Assembly: GCA_963814945.1 (NCBI GenBank)
Contig: CAWFEQ010000018.1
Location: 151,973-175,972 of the forward strand
DNA: 24,000 nucleotides
Direction: 5' to 3'
Source of the DNA: an uncultured Gammaproteobacteria bacterium
Lineage (GTDB): Bacteria; Pseudomonadota; Gammaproteobacteria; DSM-19610
Shown here: piece by piece, positions 15,737-24,000 of the stretch
Layout of the letters: the number at the start of each line of letters is the position of its first letter
Numbering within the stretch: position 1 is the stretch's first letter
Program-made: the position numbers and the translations under genes
The notes under the pieces: generated by a model
Database searches by the model: none
What the model was told of the DNA's origin: nothing
Seen by the model: only the letters and a program-made list of their open reading frames with translations

Positions 15737-17086
15737 TCAGAGAATATAGCGGCTCAGGTCTTCGTCCTGCGCCAGGTCTTTCAGTTGTCGGTCGACGTAG
15801 TCGGCATCGACGCTCACCCGGTCGCCGGCCCGGTCGGCGGCTTCAAACGAAACCTGCTCCAGCAGGCGTTCCATGACCGTGTGCAGCCGGCGCGCGCCAA
15901 TGTTTTCCGTGCGCTCATTGATGTCCCAGGCCACCGTGGCGATACGCTCGATCCCGTCAGCGGTATACTCCAGCTGCAGGCCTTCGGTATTCAACAGGGC
16001 GCTGTATTGTTCGGTGAGCGAGGCATCGGGCTCGGTGAGAATGCGCACGAAGTCCTGCACGCCAAGCGCTTTCAATTCCACGCGTATTGGCAGTCTTCCC
16101 TGCAATTCCGGGATCAGGTCGGAAGGTTTAGACAGGTGGAAGGCGCCGGAAGCGATAAACAGGATGTGGTCGGTTCTGACCATGCCGTACTTGGTGGTGA
16201 CAGTGCTGCCCTCCACCAGTGGCAACAGGTCGCGCTGTACGCCTTCGCGCGAAACGCCAGGGCTGCCGCTCTGATCGCTGCGCTGTGTGACCTTGTCGAT
16301 TTCGTCAATGAATACGATACCGTTCTGTTCGACCGCATGCAGGGCGCGCAGCTTGAGATTCTCCTCATTGACCATCTTGCCTGCCTCTTCATCCGTCAGG
16401 ATCTTGAGGGCGTCGGCGACACTCAGCCTGCGGGTCTTGGTGCGGCCACTGCCGAAGTTCTGGAACAGCCCCTGCAGCTGGCTGGTCATCTCTTCCATGC
16501 CGGGCGGCGCCATGATTTCCACGCCCACCGGCGCGGCGGAGACTTCGATGTCGATTTCCTTCTCGTTAAGCCGGCCCTCGCGCAGCATCTTGCGGAATTT
16601 CTGGCGTGTTTCACTGCTGCTGCTGCTGCTGTCGGTTTCGTCCGGCTCGGCCGTGAAGCCGACGCTGCGTGGCGTCGGCAGCAACGCGTCAAGAATACGA
16701 TCCTCGGCGGCATCTTCGGCTCGATGACGAACCTTCGCCATTTCCTCCTCGCGCACCATTTTGATGGCCACATCCATCAGGTCGCGGATAATCGATTCGA
16801 CGTCGCGTCCGACGTAGCCCACCTCGGTGAACTTGGTGGCCTCTATCTTCATGAAAGGGGCGTTTGCCAGCCTGGCGAGGCGCCGTGCGATCTCGGTCTT
16901 GCCGACGCCGGTGGGGCCGATCATAAGGATGTTCTTCGGCGTGATTTCGCTGCGCAACGGTTCGTCCACCTGCTGGCGCCGCCAGCGGTTGCGTAAGGCA
17001 ATGGCAACGGCGCGCTTAGCGTCATCCTGACCGATAATGTGCTTGTCCAGTTCCTGGACAATTTCGCGGGGTGTCATTTCGGACAT
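15737..17086 (-). CDS. hslU: ATP-dependent protease ATPase subunit HslU
   Basis: 449 aa: [34 protein letters not shown], Walker [16 protein letters not shown], Walker [11 protein letters not shown], and C-terminal DEDLSRYIL. Confidence 0.97.
   Translation of the reverse strand: MSEMTPREIVQELDKHIIGQDDAKRAVAIALRNRWRRQQVDEPLRSEITPKNILMIGPTGVGKTEIARRLARLANAPFMKIEATKFTEVGYVGRDVESIIRDLMDVAIKMVREEEMAKVRHRAEDAAEDRILDALLPTPRSVGFTAEPDETDSSSSSSETRQKFRKMLREGRLNEKEIDIEVSAAPVGVEIMAPPGMEEMTSQLQGLFQNFGSGRTKTRRLSVADALKILTDEEAGKMVNEENLKLRALHAVEQNGIVFIDEIDKVTQRSDQSGSPGVSREGVQRDLLPLVEGSTVTTKYGMVRTDHILFIASGAFHLSKPSDLIPELQGRLPIRVELKALGVQDFVRILTEPDASLTEQYSALLNTEGLQLEYTADGIERIATVAWDINERTENIGARRLHTVMERLLEQVSFEAADRAGDRVSVDADYVDRQLKDLAQDEDLSRYIL
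16614..16631. repeat. (CTG)6 trinucleotide repeat inside hslU, encoding a run of six Ser in the I-domain
   Basis: Read directly: ctgctgctgctgctgctg. In the minus-strand reading frame these are AGC codons, giving [13 protein letters not shown]. Confidence 0.9.
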
Positions 17087-17094
17087 GGGCGGGT

Positions 17095-17634
17095 TCAGTA
17101 CTCGAGTTCTTCCACTGTGAGGTTGTGGTTGGTGTAGACGCAGATGCTGGCAGCAATGTTGAGGCCTTTTTCAACAATGGCGCGCGCATCCAGTTCGGTG
17201 GTATCCAGCATGGCGCGCGCGGCAGCCTGGGCGTAAGGGCCACCGGAGCCGATCGCCATCAGACTGTCTTCCGGCTCGATGACATCGCCGTTGCCGGTGA
17301 TGATCAGCGATGACTCGGTGTCGGCGACTACCAGCAGCGCCTCAAGGCGGCGCAGCATGCGGTCGGTGCGCCAGTCCTTGGCGAGTTCTACCGCCGAACG
17401 TACCAAATGGCCCTGGTGTTTTTCCAATTTGGCCTCGAAGCGCTCGAAAAGGGTGAAAGCATCGGCCGTGCCGCCAGCAAACCCCGCCAGCACCTTGCCG
17501 TGGTACAGAGTGCGTACTTTGCGCGCATTGCCCTTCATGACCGTGTTGCCCATCGACACCTGGCCGTCGCCTCCGACCACCACACTGCCATTGCGGCGCA
17601 CGGAAAGGATGGTAGTGCCGCGATACTGGTGCAC
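17095..17634 (-). CDS. hslV: ATP-dependent protease peptidase subunit HslV
   Basis: 179 aa with a GTG start preceded by [32 protein letters not shown] contains the catalytic Thr after a short propeptide. It lies immediately upstream of hslU. Confidence 0.95.
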   Translation of the reverse strand: MHQYRGTTILSVRRNGSVVVGGDGQVSMGNTVMKGNARKVRTLYHGKVLAGFAGGTADAFTLFERFEAKLEKHQGHLVRSAVELAKDWRTDRMLRRLEALLVVADTESSLIITGNGDVIEPEDSLMAIGSGGPYAQAAARAMLDTTELDARAIVEKGLNIAASICVYTNHNLTVEELEY

Positions 17635-17713
17635 AGCTGATCCTTAATATTCCGACAAAAACAGCGCCCAATTGTACACCAAGAGCGCCGCCGGCATCAG
17701 CGCAAAACCCTCA

Positions 17714-17889
17714 AGCTGCTGGGGCATGTGCCGGGCGGATGCGGTTGGCGCGTCGCGTTGTGGCCACATCGCCGGAGGAAGCAGGCCCCTGAGCCAGCCC
17801 GGGTCGGAGTGCGGACAAGCTCAAATCCGCAGCCGTTCCAGGGAAGCCTGTTTGGCGCGTGTCGGTTGTGCTTTAATGCCCCTTCAGCT
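17714..17889. repeat. inverted-repeat-bounded ~176-bp non-coding element with an internal ~20-nt direct repeat (function unknown)
   Basis: AGCTGCTGGGGCAT (17714-17727) is complementary to ATGCCCCTTCAGCT (17876-17889): 7 bp, then a 2x2 mismatch, then 5 bp. Direct repeats are TTGGCGCGTCGCGTTGTGG (17745-17763) and TTGGCGCGTGTCGGTTGTGC (17852-17871), sharing a 9-nt and a 6-nt exact block. No credible ORF. Confidence 0.5.
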
Positions 17890-17990
17890 GGGCAGTATTC
17901 CGTCCACGCACACCCCTGGCGGCGTTTCCCACAGCCGCCAGATTGCGTGCGGTGAAACCCACAGGAGTTGCCAGGGACCCCGTAATAGCG

Positions 17991-18389
17991 ATGAGCCTCA
18001 AGGGAAGCTGCCACTGCGGATATCTGCAGTTTAGCGTCGATCAGCATGCGCTGACGGACGTGGCGAATTGTCACTGCTCAATCTGCCGCAGGTCTACGGG
18101 GGGAACGTTTGTTACCTGGGCCACGGTGCCGAAGGAAAGTCTGAAGTGGCTGGCCGGGACTCCAGGCGTCTATCCGGCGACCGAAAACAGCCGGCGATTC
18201 TATTGTCCGCGCTGCGGGGCCCAGCTGGCCTTATATACAGATCTTGCGCCGCAGACAATCGATATCACCGTGTCGACGCTGGACAGGGTCGATGACTTCC
18301 CGCCGCGCAGGGAGATATGGGTGAAGAACAAGATAAAGTGGGTCAATCTATGTAACGCTCTGGTGCATGAAGATGAAGAGACTTTGTGA
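17991..18389 (+). CDS. GFA family protein (glutathione-dependent formaldehyde-activating / CENP-V-like zinc domain)
   Basis: MSLKGSCHCGYLQF..., NCHCSICRRSTG and FYCPRCGAQL form the typical GFA Cys pattern. Start taken at ATG 17991 inside track ORF 17943..18389. Confidence 0.85.
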   Translation: MSLKGSCHCGYLQFSVDQHALTDVANCHCSICRRSTGGTFVTWATVPKESLKWLAGTPGVYPATENSRRFYCPRCGAQLALYTDLAPQTIDITVSTLDRVDDFPPRREIWVKNKIKWVNLCNALVHEDEETL

Positions 18390-18434
18390 AGCGCATTTCG
18401 CTCAGCCTGTGTCGGCTTGCGGCCGAGGGCGTGC

Positions 18435-19073
18435 ATGCCGAATTTGATGAGCGCACCGGACGCGCTGCAGCGACTGCGCGACGGCAATCACCGCTTTGCG
18501 TCCAGTCTTCGCAGCGTCGAGCCGTTGTTTTCGCATGCCAAGCGGGCCGAGCTCATAGCCGGCCAGGAGCCGTTTGCCATCGTCCTCGGCTGTTCCGATT
18601 CCCGTGTCCCGGCCGAAATCGTCTTTGACCAGGGGCTTGGCGATCTGTTTGTGATCCGGGTGGCGGGAAACATCGTTGCACCCTCGCAGATCGGTAGCGT
18701 CGAATTCGCTGTTTCGCGCTTTGGCACGCGTCTGGTGGTGGTGCTGGGGCACTCGCAGTGTGGCGCCATCCTGGCGACGATCGAAGAGCTGACCGGTGGT
18801 AACGACAGCACGTCGCGAAACATCCGCTCGATCGTCGATCGTGTCAAGCCGTCGGTGGAAAGCATTATGGCCACGGAGTTGAGGCACCATCGGGATGCGC
18901 TCATTAAAGAAGCCGTTCGGGCCAACGTTCGTGCCTCGGCGAATCACCTGAGACACGGTTCCGAGATTATAGAAAAGCTGATCGAGAGCGATGGTCTGCG
19001 TGTAGTCGGCGCCGAATATTCACTTGAGACCGGTATCGTCGACTTCTTTGACGGCGTGCCCAGATCTGACTGA
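18435..19073 (+). CDS. beta-class carbonic anhydrase
   Basis: LQRLRDGNHRF, zinc ligand and catalytic motifs GCSDSRV and GHSQCGA, and FVIRVAGN. ATG 18435 is preceded by GAGGG at a 5-nt spacing. The track ORF begins at TTG 18417. Confidence 0.9.
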   Translation: MPNLMSAPDALQRLRDGNHRFASSLRSVEPLFSHAKRAELIAGQEPFAIVLGCSDSRVPAEIVFDQGLGDLFVIRVAGNIVAPSQIGSVEFAVSRFGTRLVVVLGHSQCGAILATIEELTGGNDSTSRNIRSIVDRVKPSVESIMATELRHHRDALIKEAVRANVRASANHLRHGSEIIEKLIESDGLRVVGAEYSLETGIVDFFDGVPRSD

Positions 19074-19104
19074 TACTGTGCACTGGCGCCTTGCTGCAAC
19101 CCGG

Positions 19105-20013
19105 TCAACGCTGTCGCTTGGCGCGCGCGCGTGGGTGTGCCTGATCGTAGACTTGCGCCAGGTGCTGAAAATCCAGATGAGTATAGACCTGCGTGGTGCT
19201 GAGGTTGGCGTGGCCAAGCAGTTCCTGCACGGCGCGCAGATCACCGCTGGACTCGAGCATATGTGTGGCAAAGGAGTGCCGCAGCACATGCGGGTGCAGG
19301 CGAGTGTCGAGGCCGTGCAGCCGGGCCCACCGCGCGAAGCGTTGCTGCACGCTGCGTGCACTCAGGCGGGTGCCCTGGCGGCTGATGAACAGGGCCTGTT
19401 CACCGGCAGCACAGTGTTGTGACCGCACGGTCAGCCACACTGAGATCACTTCGTGTGCCTTGCTGCCGATCGGCACTATGCGCGTCTTGTTGCCCTTGCC
19501 CAGTACCCGCGCTTCGCAGCTATGCAAATCGACCTGGTGCAGATCGAGACCGACCAGCTCGGCGAGCCGCAGTCCACAGGAGTACATCAATTCCATCATG
19601 GCCACGTCGCGCTGCGCCAGCCAGTTGTCCGTTTTGACGTCCAGCAGCGACTGAATGCGGTCGACATCCAGGCTGTGGGGCAGTCTGCGCGCCGTCTTTG
19701 GCGCGCGGATATCCTGCGCGGGGTTGCTGTGCAGTACACCCTGGCTGATCATGAACCGGTAAAAACTGCGCAGCGCCGACAGGTGTCGCTGCACGCTGCG
19801 GCCAGACAAGCCGCGGCGGTGTAGTTGTGCCGCCCAGGCGCGCACCTGCGCGGGCTGGAGCTGCTGCCAGTGGGTAATACCCTGTGTCTCGCAGAAAGCC
19901 TGGAAGCCTGCCAGGTCGCGACGGTAGTTCTTCACGGTGTGGGCGGCGAGACGTCTCTCATCACGCACATGCGTTTCGAAACGCTGCAGCCAGCCTGTCT
20001 GCTGTCGATCCAC
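19105..20013 (-). CDS. xerC: site-specific tyrosine recombinase XerC
   Basis: 302 aa with RLAAHTVKNYRRDL, ARVLGKGNKTRIVP, HVLRHSFATHML and LGHANLSTTQVYTHL. The dapF-DUF484-xerC order matches E. coli dapF-yigA-xerC. Confidence 0.9.
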   Translation of the reverse strand: MDRQQTGWLQRFETHVRDERRLAAHTVKNYRRDLAGFQAFCETQGITHWQQLQPAQVRAWAAQLHRRGLSGRSVQRHLSALRSFYRFMISQGVLHSNPAQDIRAPKTARRLPHSLDVDRIQSLLDVKTDNWLAQRDVAMMELMYSCGLRLAELVGLDLHQVDLHSCEARVLGKGNKTRIVPIGSKAHEVISVWLTVRSQHCAAGEQALFISRQGTRLSARSVQQRFARWARLHGLDTRLHPHVLRHSFATHMLESSGDLRAVQELLGHANLSTTQVYTHLDFQHLAQVYDQAHPRARAKRQR

Positions 20014-20714
20014 TAACAGCTGAATCGTGCCAGCAGGCCCGCGACCAGTTCGCCCAAGTGGGACAGGAACAAGGTACCCATGCAGGGATTGAAGCGGTTT
20101 ACCTCGCGGCTGCCGATGCTGAGCAGGCCGGCGCTGGCGCGATCACCCAGCGGGATGACTGCGCAGGATTCAATTGCGGCCGCCTGATCACCAAACAGGA
20201 ACTCGGCTTGCCCCTGTTTCAGGCGACCGCATTGCGGTCTGTTGTCCACGAGGGGCGTGGGTAACAGGTTCATGAGGGCGTTATCCACTTCCAGCGGGCG
20301 CGCGCCACATTCGCGTTGTCGGGATTCATCCAATGCCGGCAGGTGCAGCACGATGGCGTCGGCCATAAATTCATTTCTCAGGCCGTGCTCCAGGCTGTCT
20401 ATCAATTCCGTGAGGGATCCGGCACTGAGCAGGTCCAGCGTCAGCCGGTGTAAGCGTTCGCTGAGCCGATCGTTGTCGCGTGCCACGTCTACGAGTTCGA
20501 GCAGTCGTTTTTTCAGATCCTGATTCTGGTCGCGCAGCACCCGTACCTGGCGTTCAATGAGCGACACGGCCTTGCCACTGGAGTGGTTCAGCTGCATCAT
20601 GGCGAGGAGTTCAGGGTGTTTGTCGAAAAAGTCCGGGTGGCTGGCGAGATAGTCGCTCACCTGTTGCGCGTCAAGTGCGGCGACGCTGTTTTCGGCATTG
20701 GCCTGTGTTGTCAT
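20013..20714 (-). CDS. DUF484 family protein (YigA-like)
   Basis: 233 aa. The N-terminus [26 protein letters not shown]...[18 protein letters not shown] is followed by a coiled coil and a GAF-like C-terminal part. Conserved position between dapF and xerC. Start and stop overlap the neighbouring genes. Confidence 0.85.
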   Translation of the reverse strand: MTTQANAENSVAALDAQQVSDYLASHPDFFDKHPELLAMMQLNHSSGKAVSLIERQVRVLRDQNQDLKKRLLELVDVARDNDRLSERLHRLTLDLLSAGSLTELIDSLEHGLRNEFMADAIVLHLPALDESRQRECGARPLEVDNALMNLLPTPLVDNRPQCGRLKQGQAEFLFGDQAAAIESCAVIPLGDRASAGLLSIGSREVNRFNPCMGTLFLSHLGELVAGLLARFSC

Positions 20715-21541
20715 AACTGTATCGTGCCCTCGAATACGAAAGTAGCCGGCCCCGACATGAGTACCGGCCGATTGTCGCCCGCCCAGCTTACCACAAGATC
20801 ACCGCCGCGCAGTTGCGTTGTCACGGTTTCATCCAGTAGCCCCTGTAGCCGGCCGGCAACGACGGCAGCACATGCACCCGAGCCGCAGGCCAGGGTTTCA
20901 CCCGCACCGCGTTCGAAGACGCGCAGACGGATGCGATCGCGGGCGACGACCTCCATAAAGCCGACATTAACGTGACTGGGGAAGCGTGGGTGGCTTTCGA
21001 TAGCGGGTCCCAGTCTGGCGACGGGCGCTGAATCAACGTGCGGGACCTGCAGTATGGCGTGCGGATTGCCCATGGAAACGGCGCCAATCTCATAGGTTTC
21101 ACCGTCGACCGACAGCGCGTACAGGGCAGCGCGCGCGCTCGCCTGAAAAGGAATATCAGCAGGTTCCAGGCGCGGGACGCCCATATCGACGCTGACCCGC
21201 TCATGGTCGTGCACTGTCAGCTCGATCAACCCGGCGCTGGTGTGCACCCGCATCCGGTCGGCGCTGGTCAATCCCGTGGCGCGTACGAACCGGGCGAGAC
21301 AGCGCGCGCCGTTGCCACATTGTTCGACTTCGCTGCCATTGGCATTGAATATGCGGTAGCGGAACTGGCTGTCTGGTCGATCGGATTTTTCCACCAGCAG
21401 TAACTGGTCGCAGCCGATACCGCGACGTCGATCAGCCAGGTGACGGATCTGCGACGGCGTCAGATTCACAGACTGCCTGATGGCATCAATCACCACGAAG
21501 TCATTACCGAGACCGTGCATTTTGCCGAACTTGATCTCCAT
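20711..21541 (-). CDS. dapF: diaminopimelate epimerase
   Basis: From the internal ATG (complement 21539..21541): [21 protein letters not shown]..., with catalytic Cys contexts EQCGNGARC and ACGSGACA. This gives 276 aa. The longer track ORF (to 21679) adds a non-homologous Pro/Arg-rich extension. Confidence 0.95.
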   Translation of the reverse strand: MEIKFGKMHGLGNDFVVIDAIRQSVNLTPSQIRHLADRRRGIGCDQLLLVEKSDRPDSQFRYRIFNANGSEVEQCGNGARCLARFVRATGLTSADRMRVHTSAGLIELTVHDHERVSVDMGVPRLEPADIPFQASARAALYALSVDGETYEIGAVSMGNPHAILQVPHVDSAPVARLGPAIESHPRFPSHVNVGFMEVVARDRIRLRVFERGAGETLACGSGACAAVVAGRLQGLLDETVTTQLRGGDLVVSWAGDNRPVLMSGPATFVFEGTIQL

Positions 21542-21673
21542 GCGCTCAGGGTACGGGCCGCCGGCCGATTTGCAAGCCCGTTGTTTACGGATCAGTATTC
21601 CAGCAGAGACGTTTCGAGGTCCGCAAGGCACACAGGAACCGGTGTACGCCTTAGGTGGCGGGGGAGGCTTTCG

Positions 21674-22189
21674 ATGCATGGGTTGACTGACAAGGCTGCA
21701 GCCGGGGTGTTGACAGTTGGTGATATCGGCACGCAGCCGTTATCTGACTTGCTGGCGCCGTACGGACTCGTCTGCGAACAAGTCGCCGACGAGGATGTCA
21801 TCCCGGGGAGCTTCTGGGGTGACAGCGAGGGGGGACTGGTCGGCAATCGCCTGCTGCTGCGCGTGGACACCCCCGTGCATTCGGCCTTGCACGAGGCCTG
21901 TCATTACCTGTGCATGACGGCGGCACGCCGCAGCGGATTGCATACCGACGCCGGCGGTGATTATGACGAAGAGAATGCTGTCTGCTATCTGCAGATCCTC
22001 CTGGCAGGGCGGCTGTCTGCTGTAGGGCCGGAGCGCCTCATGCAGGACATGGACACTTGGGGCTACAGTTTCCGCCTCGGGTCGGCGAAGAACTGGTTCG
22101 AGAACGATGCGCTAGACGCGTGTCACTGGTTACAGTTGCATGGTTTGATCGATGGCTCGCAGCGACCAACCGGGCGCTTGCGCACATGA
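21674..22189 (+). CDS. hypothetical protein with an HExxH motif (HEACH); family not recognised
   Basis: ATG 21674 is preceded by GGGGGAGG at a 6-nt spacing. 171 aa: [19 protein letters not shown]...[37 protein letters not shown]...[17 protein letters not shown]... The track ORF upstream of 21674 is antisense to dapF and unlikely to be coding. Confidence 0.6.
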   Translation: MHGLTDKAAAGVLTVGDIGTQPLSDLLAPYGLVCEQVADEDVIPGSFWGDSEGGLVGNRLLLRVDTPVHSALHEACHYLCMTAARRSGLHTDAGGDYDEENAVCYLQILLAGRLSAVGPERLMQDMDTWGYSFRLGSAKNWFENDALDACHWLQLHGLIDGSQRPTGRLRT

Positions 22190-22202
22190 GGCGCTGCTGT
22201 CT

Positions 22203-22877
22203 CTACCAGGCGGTCTGGCGCAGTCGCCCAGAGACGATAAAATGACGATCACTGACTACTTCGAGCTTCAGGTGCTCGAGTTTGTGCGATTTTAGCTGTG
22301 CAAGGATTTCGTCCGGCGTGTAGGCGGCACACAGCGAGTTACGGAAATCCCGCCTGAGTATGTCGGGTTCACTGCCGGCGTATAAGTCCACCAGCCGGTT
22401 TACCTCTAGCTTCGATTCGGGGCGCAGCAGATCCATAACGAATACCAGAGTGCCCTCGTGGCCAAATCGCCGGATGCTCTTCCACAGCGTGTCCGATTTC
22501 GGCAGGTGGTGCAGCAGGCTGTTGGAGAGAATCACTGTATAGTTCTGCCGTGGTAGCCTGGCATCTGGCAGGCGGGCCTGAAAAAATGCTATGCGGTCGT
22601 GTAGCTGTTCTGCCCGGCAAGCGCGGCGTCCCAGTTCAAGCATCGGCGCAGACGCGTCGACCGCGTGTATCCTGCAGTCGTCAAAGGCACGCGCAAAGCG
22701 GCGGCAGATGTCGCCCGGTCCGCAACCGAGGTCGAGTACCGTCGCGTTAAGCGATGCGCCGCAGCGTTGCCGAAACAGCTCCACGAAGCGGTTGTGCGGT
22801 TCACTGAAATCGGCGCGCGCGTAGGCCTCTGCCTGCACGGGGTCATCCATGAGTTCTGGTTCGGGCACGCGCTGCAT
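22203..22877 (-). CDS. class I SAM-dependent methyltransferase
   Basis: 224 aa: VPEPELMDDPVQAEAYARADF, SAM motif I VLDLGCGPGDI, and ILSNSLLHHLP. The ATG lies 7 nt after the lysA stop, so it is probably co-transcribed with lysA. Confidence 0.85.
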   Translation of the reverse strand: MQRVPEPELMDDPVQAEAYARADFSEPHNRFVELFRQRCGASLNATVLDLGCGPGDICRRFARAFDDCRIHAVDASAPMLELGRRACRAEQLHDRIAFFQARLPDARLPRQNYTVILSNSLLHHLPKSDTLWKSIRRFGHEGTLVFVMDLLRPESKLEVNRLVDLYAGSEPDILRRDFRNSLCAAYTPDEILAQLKSHKLEHLKLEVVSDRHFIVSGRLRQTAW

Positions 22878-22884
22878 CGGGCTC

Positions 22885-24000
22885 TCAGAAAACCGGGATT
22901 GCTTCGCCGAGGAACAGGCTGTCTACCGTTTCACGCTGACGCACCAGATGGGCGGTGTCGCCGTCGACCAGGATTTCTGCGGCGCGCGGCCGGCTGTTGT
23001 AGTTGGAGCTCATGCTGAACCCATAGGCCCCGGCGGAGCGCACTGCCAGCAGGTCACCCTGTTCGACAGCCAGCGGACGCTGTTTGCCCAGGAAATCGCC
23101 GGTTTCGCACACCGGGCCGACGACATCGTATTCCTTCTTTGGCTGTTGCCGCGGAATGACGGGGATGATCTCCTGCCAGGCGCCATACAATGCTGGCCTC
23201 AGCAGGTCATTCATGGCGGCATCGACGATGGCAAAGTTCTTGTCTTCACTTGCCTTGAGATACTGTACTTCGGTGACCAGAATTCCGGCATTGGCGGCGA
23301 TGGCGCGTCCGGGCTCGATGAGGATTTCCTTGCCACTGTTGGCGAGACGCGCCAGCAAGGGACGCACGTACTGGGCCGGAGAGGGGGGCTGTTCGTCGCG
23401 ATACAGCACGCCGAGCCCGCCGCCCAGATCGAGGTGATGAATGGCAATACCGAGGGCCTCGATGTGTTCCACCAGCTCCAGCACGCGATCCAGCGCATCG
23501 ACGAAAGGCGAGATTCCGGTGAGCTGTGAACCGATGTGGCAGTCGATTCCCTCGATCTGCAGGTTTGTGGCATCGGCTGCCTGGCGATAGGAGTGCACTG
23601 CCGATACGACGCTGATGCCGAACTTGTTTTCCTTCAGCCCGGTGGAAATGTAGGGGTGGGTTTGTGCGTCGACATCGGGATTGACCCGCAGCGACACCGG
23701 CGCGGTGACGCCGTGTGCGGCAGCAACACCATCAAGACGTTTCAGCTCGGCGGTGGATTCAACGTTGAAACAACGGATGCCCGCCTCCAGCGCCCGCTCC
23801 ATCTCCGTCACCGTTTTCCCGACGCCGGAAAACACGATGCGCGAGGGGTCACCGCCCGCCCTTAACACCCGTGCCAGCTCGCCGCCGGAAACGATATCGA
23901 AGCCCGAGCCGAGGCGCGCCAGCAGTGCCAGAATCGCGATGTTGGAATTGGCTTTCACCGCATAGCACACCAGGTGGGGATGATCGCCAAACGCCTGGTC
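22885..24000 (-). CDS. lysA: diaminopimelate decarboxylase, C-terminal ~370 codons (5' end lies beyond the window)
   Basis: CYAVKANSN (PLP lysine), HIGSQ, LDLGGGLG, EPGRAI, CETGD and SAGAYG. The frame remains open to position 24000. Confidence 0.95.
   Translation of the reverse strand, partial: DQAFGDHPHLVCYAVKANSNIAILALLARLGSGFDIVSGGELARVLRAGGDPSRIVFSGVGKTVTEMERALEAGIRCFNVESTAELKRLDGVAAAHGVTAPVSLRVNPDVDAQTHPYISTGLKENKFGISVVSAVHSYRQAADATNLQIEGIDCHIGSQLTGISPFVDALDRVLELVEHIEALGIAIHHLDLGGGLGVLYRDEQPPSPAQYVRPLLARLANSGKEILIEPGRAIAANAGILVTEVQYLKASEDKNFAIVDAAMNDLLRPALYGAWQEIIPVIPRQQPKKEYDVVGPVCETGDFLGKQRPLAVEQGDLLAVRSAGAYGFSMSSNYNSRPRAAEILVDGDTAHLVRQRETVDSLFLGEAIPVF

Noticed and set aside
15311-16996. 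561-aa ORF on the plus strand, the second longest in the track
   Set aside because: It lies entirely antisense to DUF971 and hslU, whose products have unmistakable conserved motifs. Its translation is rich in Asp, His, Arg, Gly, Ala and Leu with no recognisable domain. This is typical of a shadow ORF in GC-rich coding DNA.
17641-17740. Search for a sigma-32 heat-shock promoter upstream of hslV
   Set aside because: On the minus strand there are CTTGAGG and CTTGGTG elements, but neither is followed at 13-15 nt by a CCCCAT-like -10 element. A CCCC run lies on the wrong side. Only a sigma-70-like TACAAT is visible, so I make no promoter call.
17770-17800. CGCCGGAGGAAGCAGGCC resembles the conserved SRP (4.5S) RNA apical motif CCGGAAGGAAGCAGCC
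   Set aside because: The GGAA tetraloop is not intact (GGAGG instead of GGAAGG). I could not pair the flanks into the long 4.5S-type hairpin. The resemblance is most likely chance in GC-rich sequence. An Rfam scan would settle it.
21542-21679. N-terminal extension of the dapF ORF ([16 protein letters not shown]...[13 protein letters not shown]), considered as a possible fused or decayed LptM lipoprotein
   Set aside because: There is no hydrophobic signal peptide before either Cys. The extension overlaps the Shine-Dalgarno sequence and start of the divergent HExxH gene. DapF homology begins at [15 protein letters not shown]. The GGPYPE resemblance to the LptM GPLYLP motif is too weak.
1-24000. 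CRISPR arrays, rRNA or tRNA genes, intact IS or transposase genes, integrases other than xerC, toxin-antitoxin pairs, known defence systems
   Set aside because: I saw no spaced identical repeats, no RNA gene signatures and no transposase-like ORFs on either strand. The only recombinase is the syntenic housekeeping xerC.

Overview
This window is a GC-rich, tightly packed chromosomal segment. Its gene order looks gammaproteobacterial, matching blocks known from E. coli and Pseudomonas. The content is almost entirely core housekeeping:
- an ExeA-like AAA ATPase with a SPOR domain, followed by a lipoprotein
- a class-1 dihydroorotate dehydrogenase and trmL
- an arsR-like/rhodanese/secB/gpsA block
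- gpmI-envC-ctpA-yibQ-yajL
- ubiE-ubiJ-ubiB
- hslVU plus a DUF971 gene
- a GFA protein and a beta-carbonic anhydrase
- xerC-DUF484-dapF and lysA

I found no rRNA, tRNA, CRISPR array, intact transposase or recognisable defence or secretion island. I cannot point to a clear new multi-gene system. The observations most worth a second look are:
1. ubiJ has lost its own reading frame and stop codon and runs in frame into ubiB as a 755-aa ORF. The canonical UbiJ C-terminus is still intact in the +1 frame.
2. An AT-rich 0.8-kb scar between yajL and ubiB holds a DUF389-like gene fragment, a perfect 7-3-7 palindrome, and an orphan 53-codon ORF followed by a strong terminator.
3. The 350-bp non-coding gap between hslV and the GFA gene contains a 14-nt long-range inverted repeat and a ~20-nt direct repeat.
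4. A small HExxH-motif protein and a SAM methyltransferase sit between lysA and dapF, where lptM normally lies.
5. A two-cysteine YgaV/SqrR/BigR-like ArsR regulator sits at the head of the rhodanese-secB-gpsA cluster, and grxC is absent.

The long antisense ORFs in the track (561, 494, 313, 297 and 294 aa) are shadow ORFs typical of GC-rich coding DNA.
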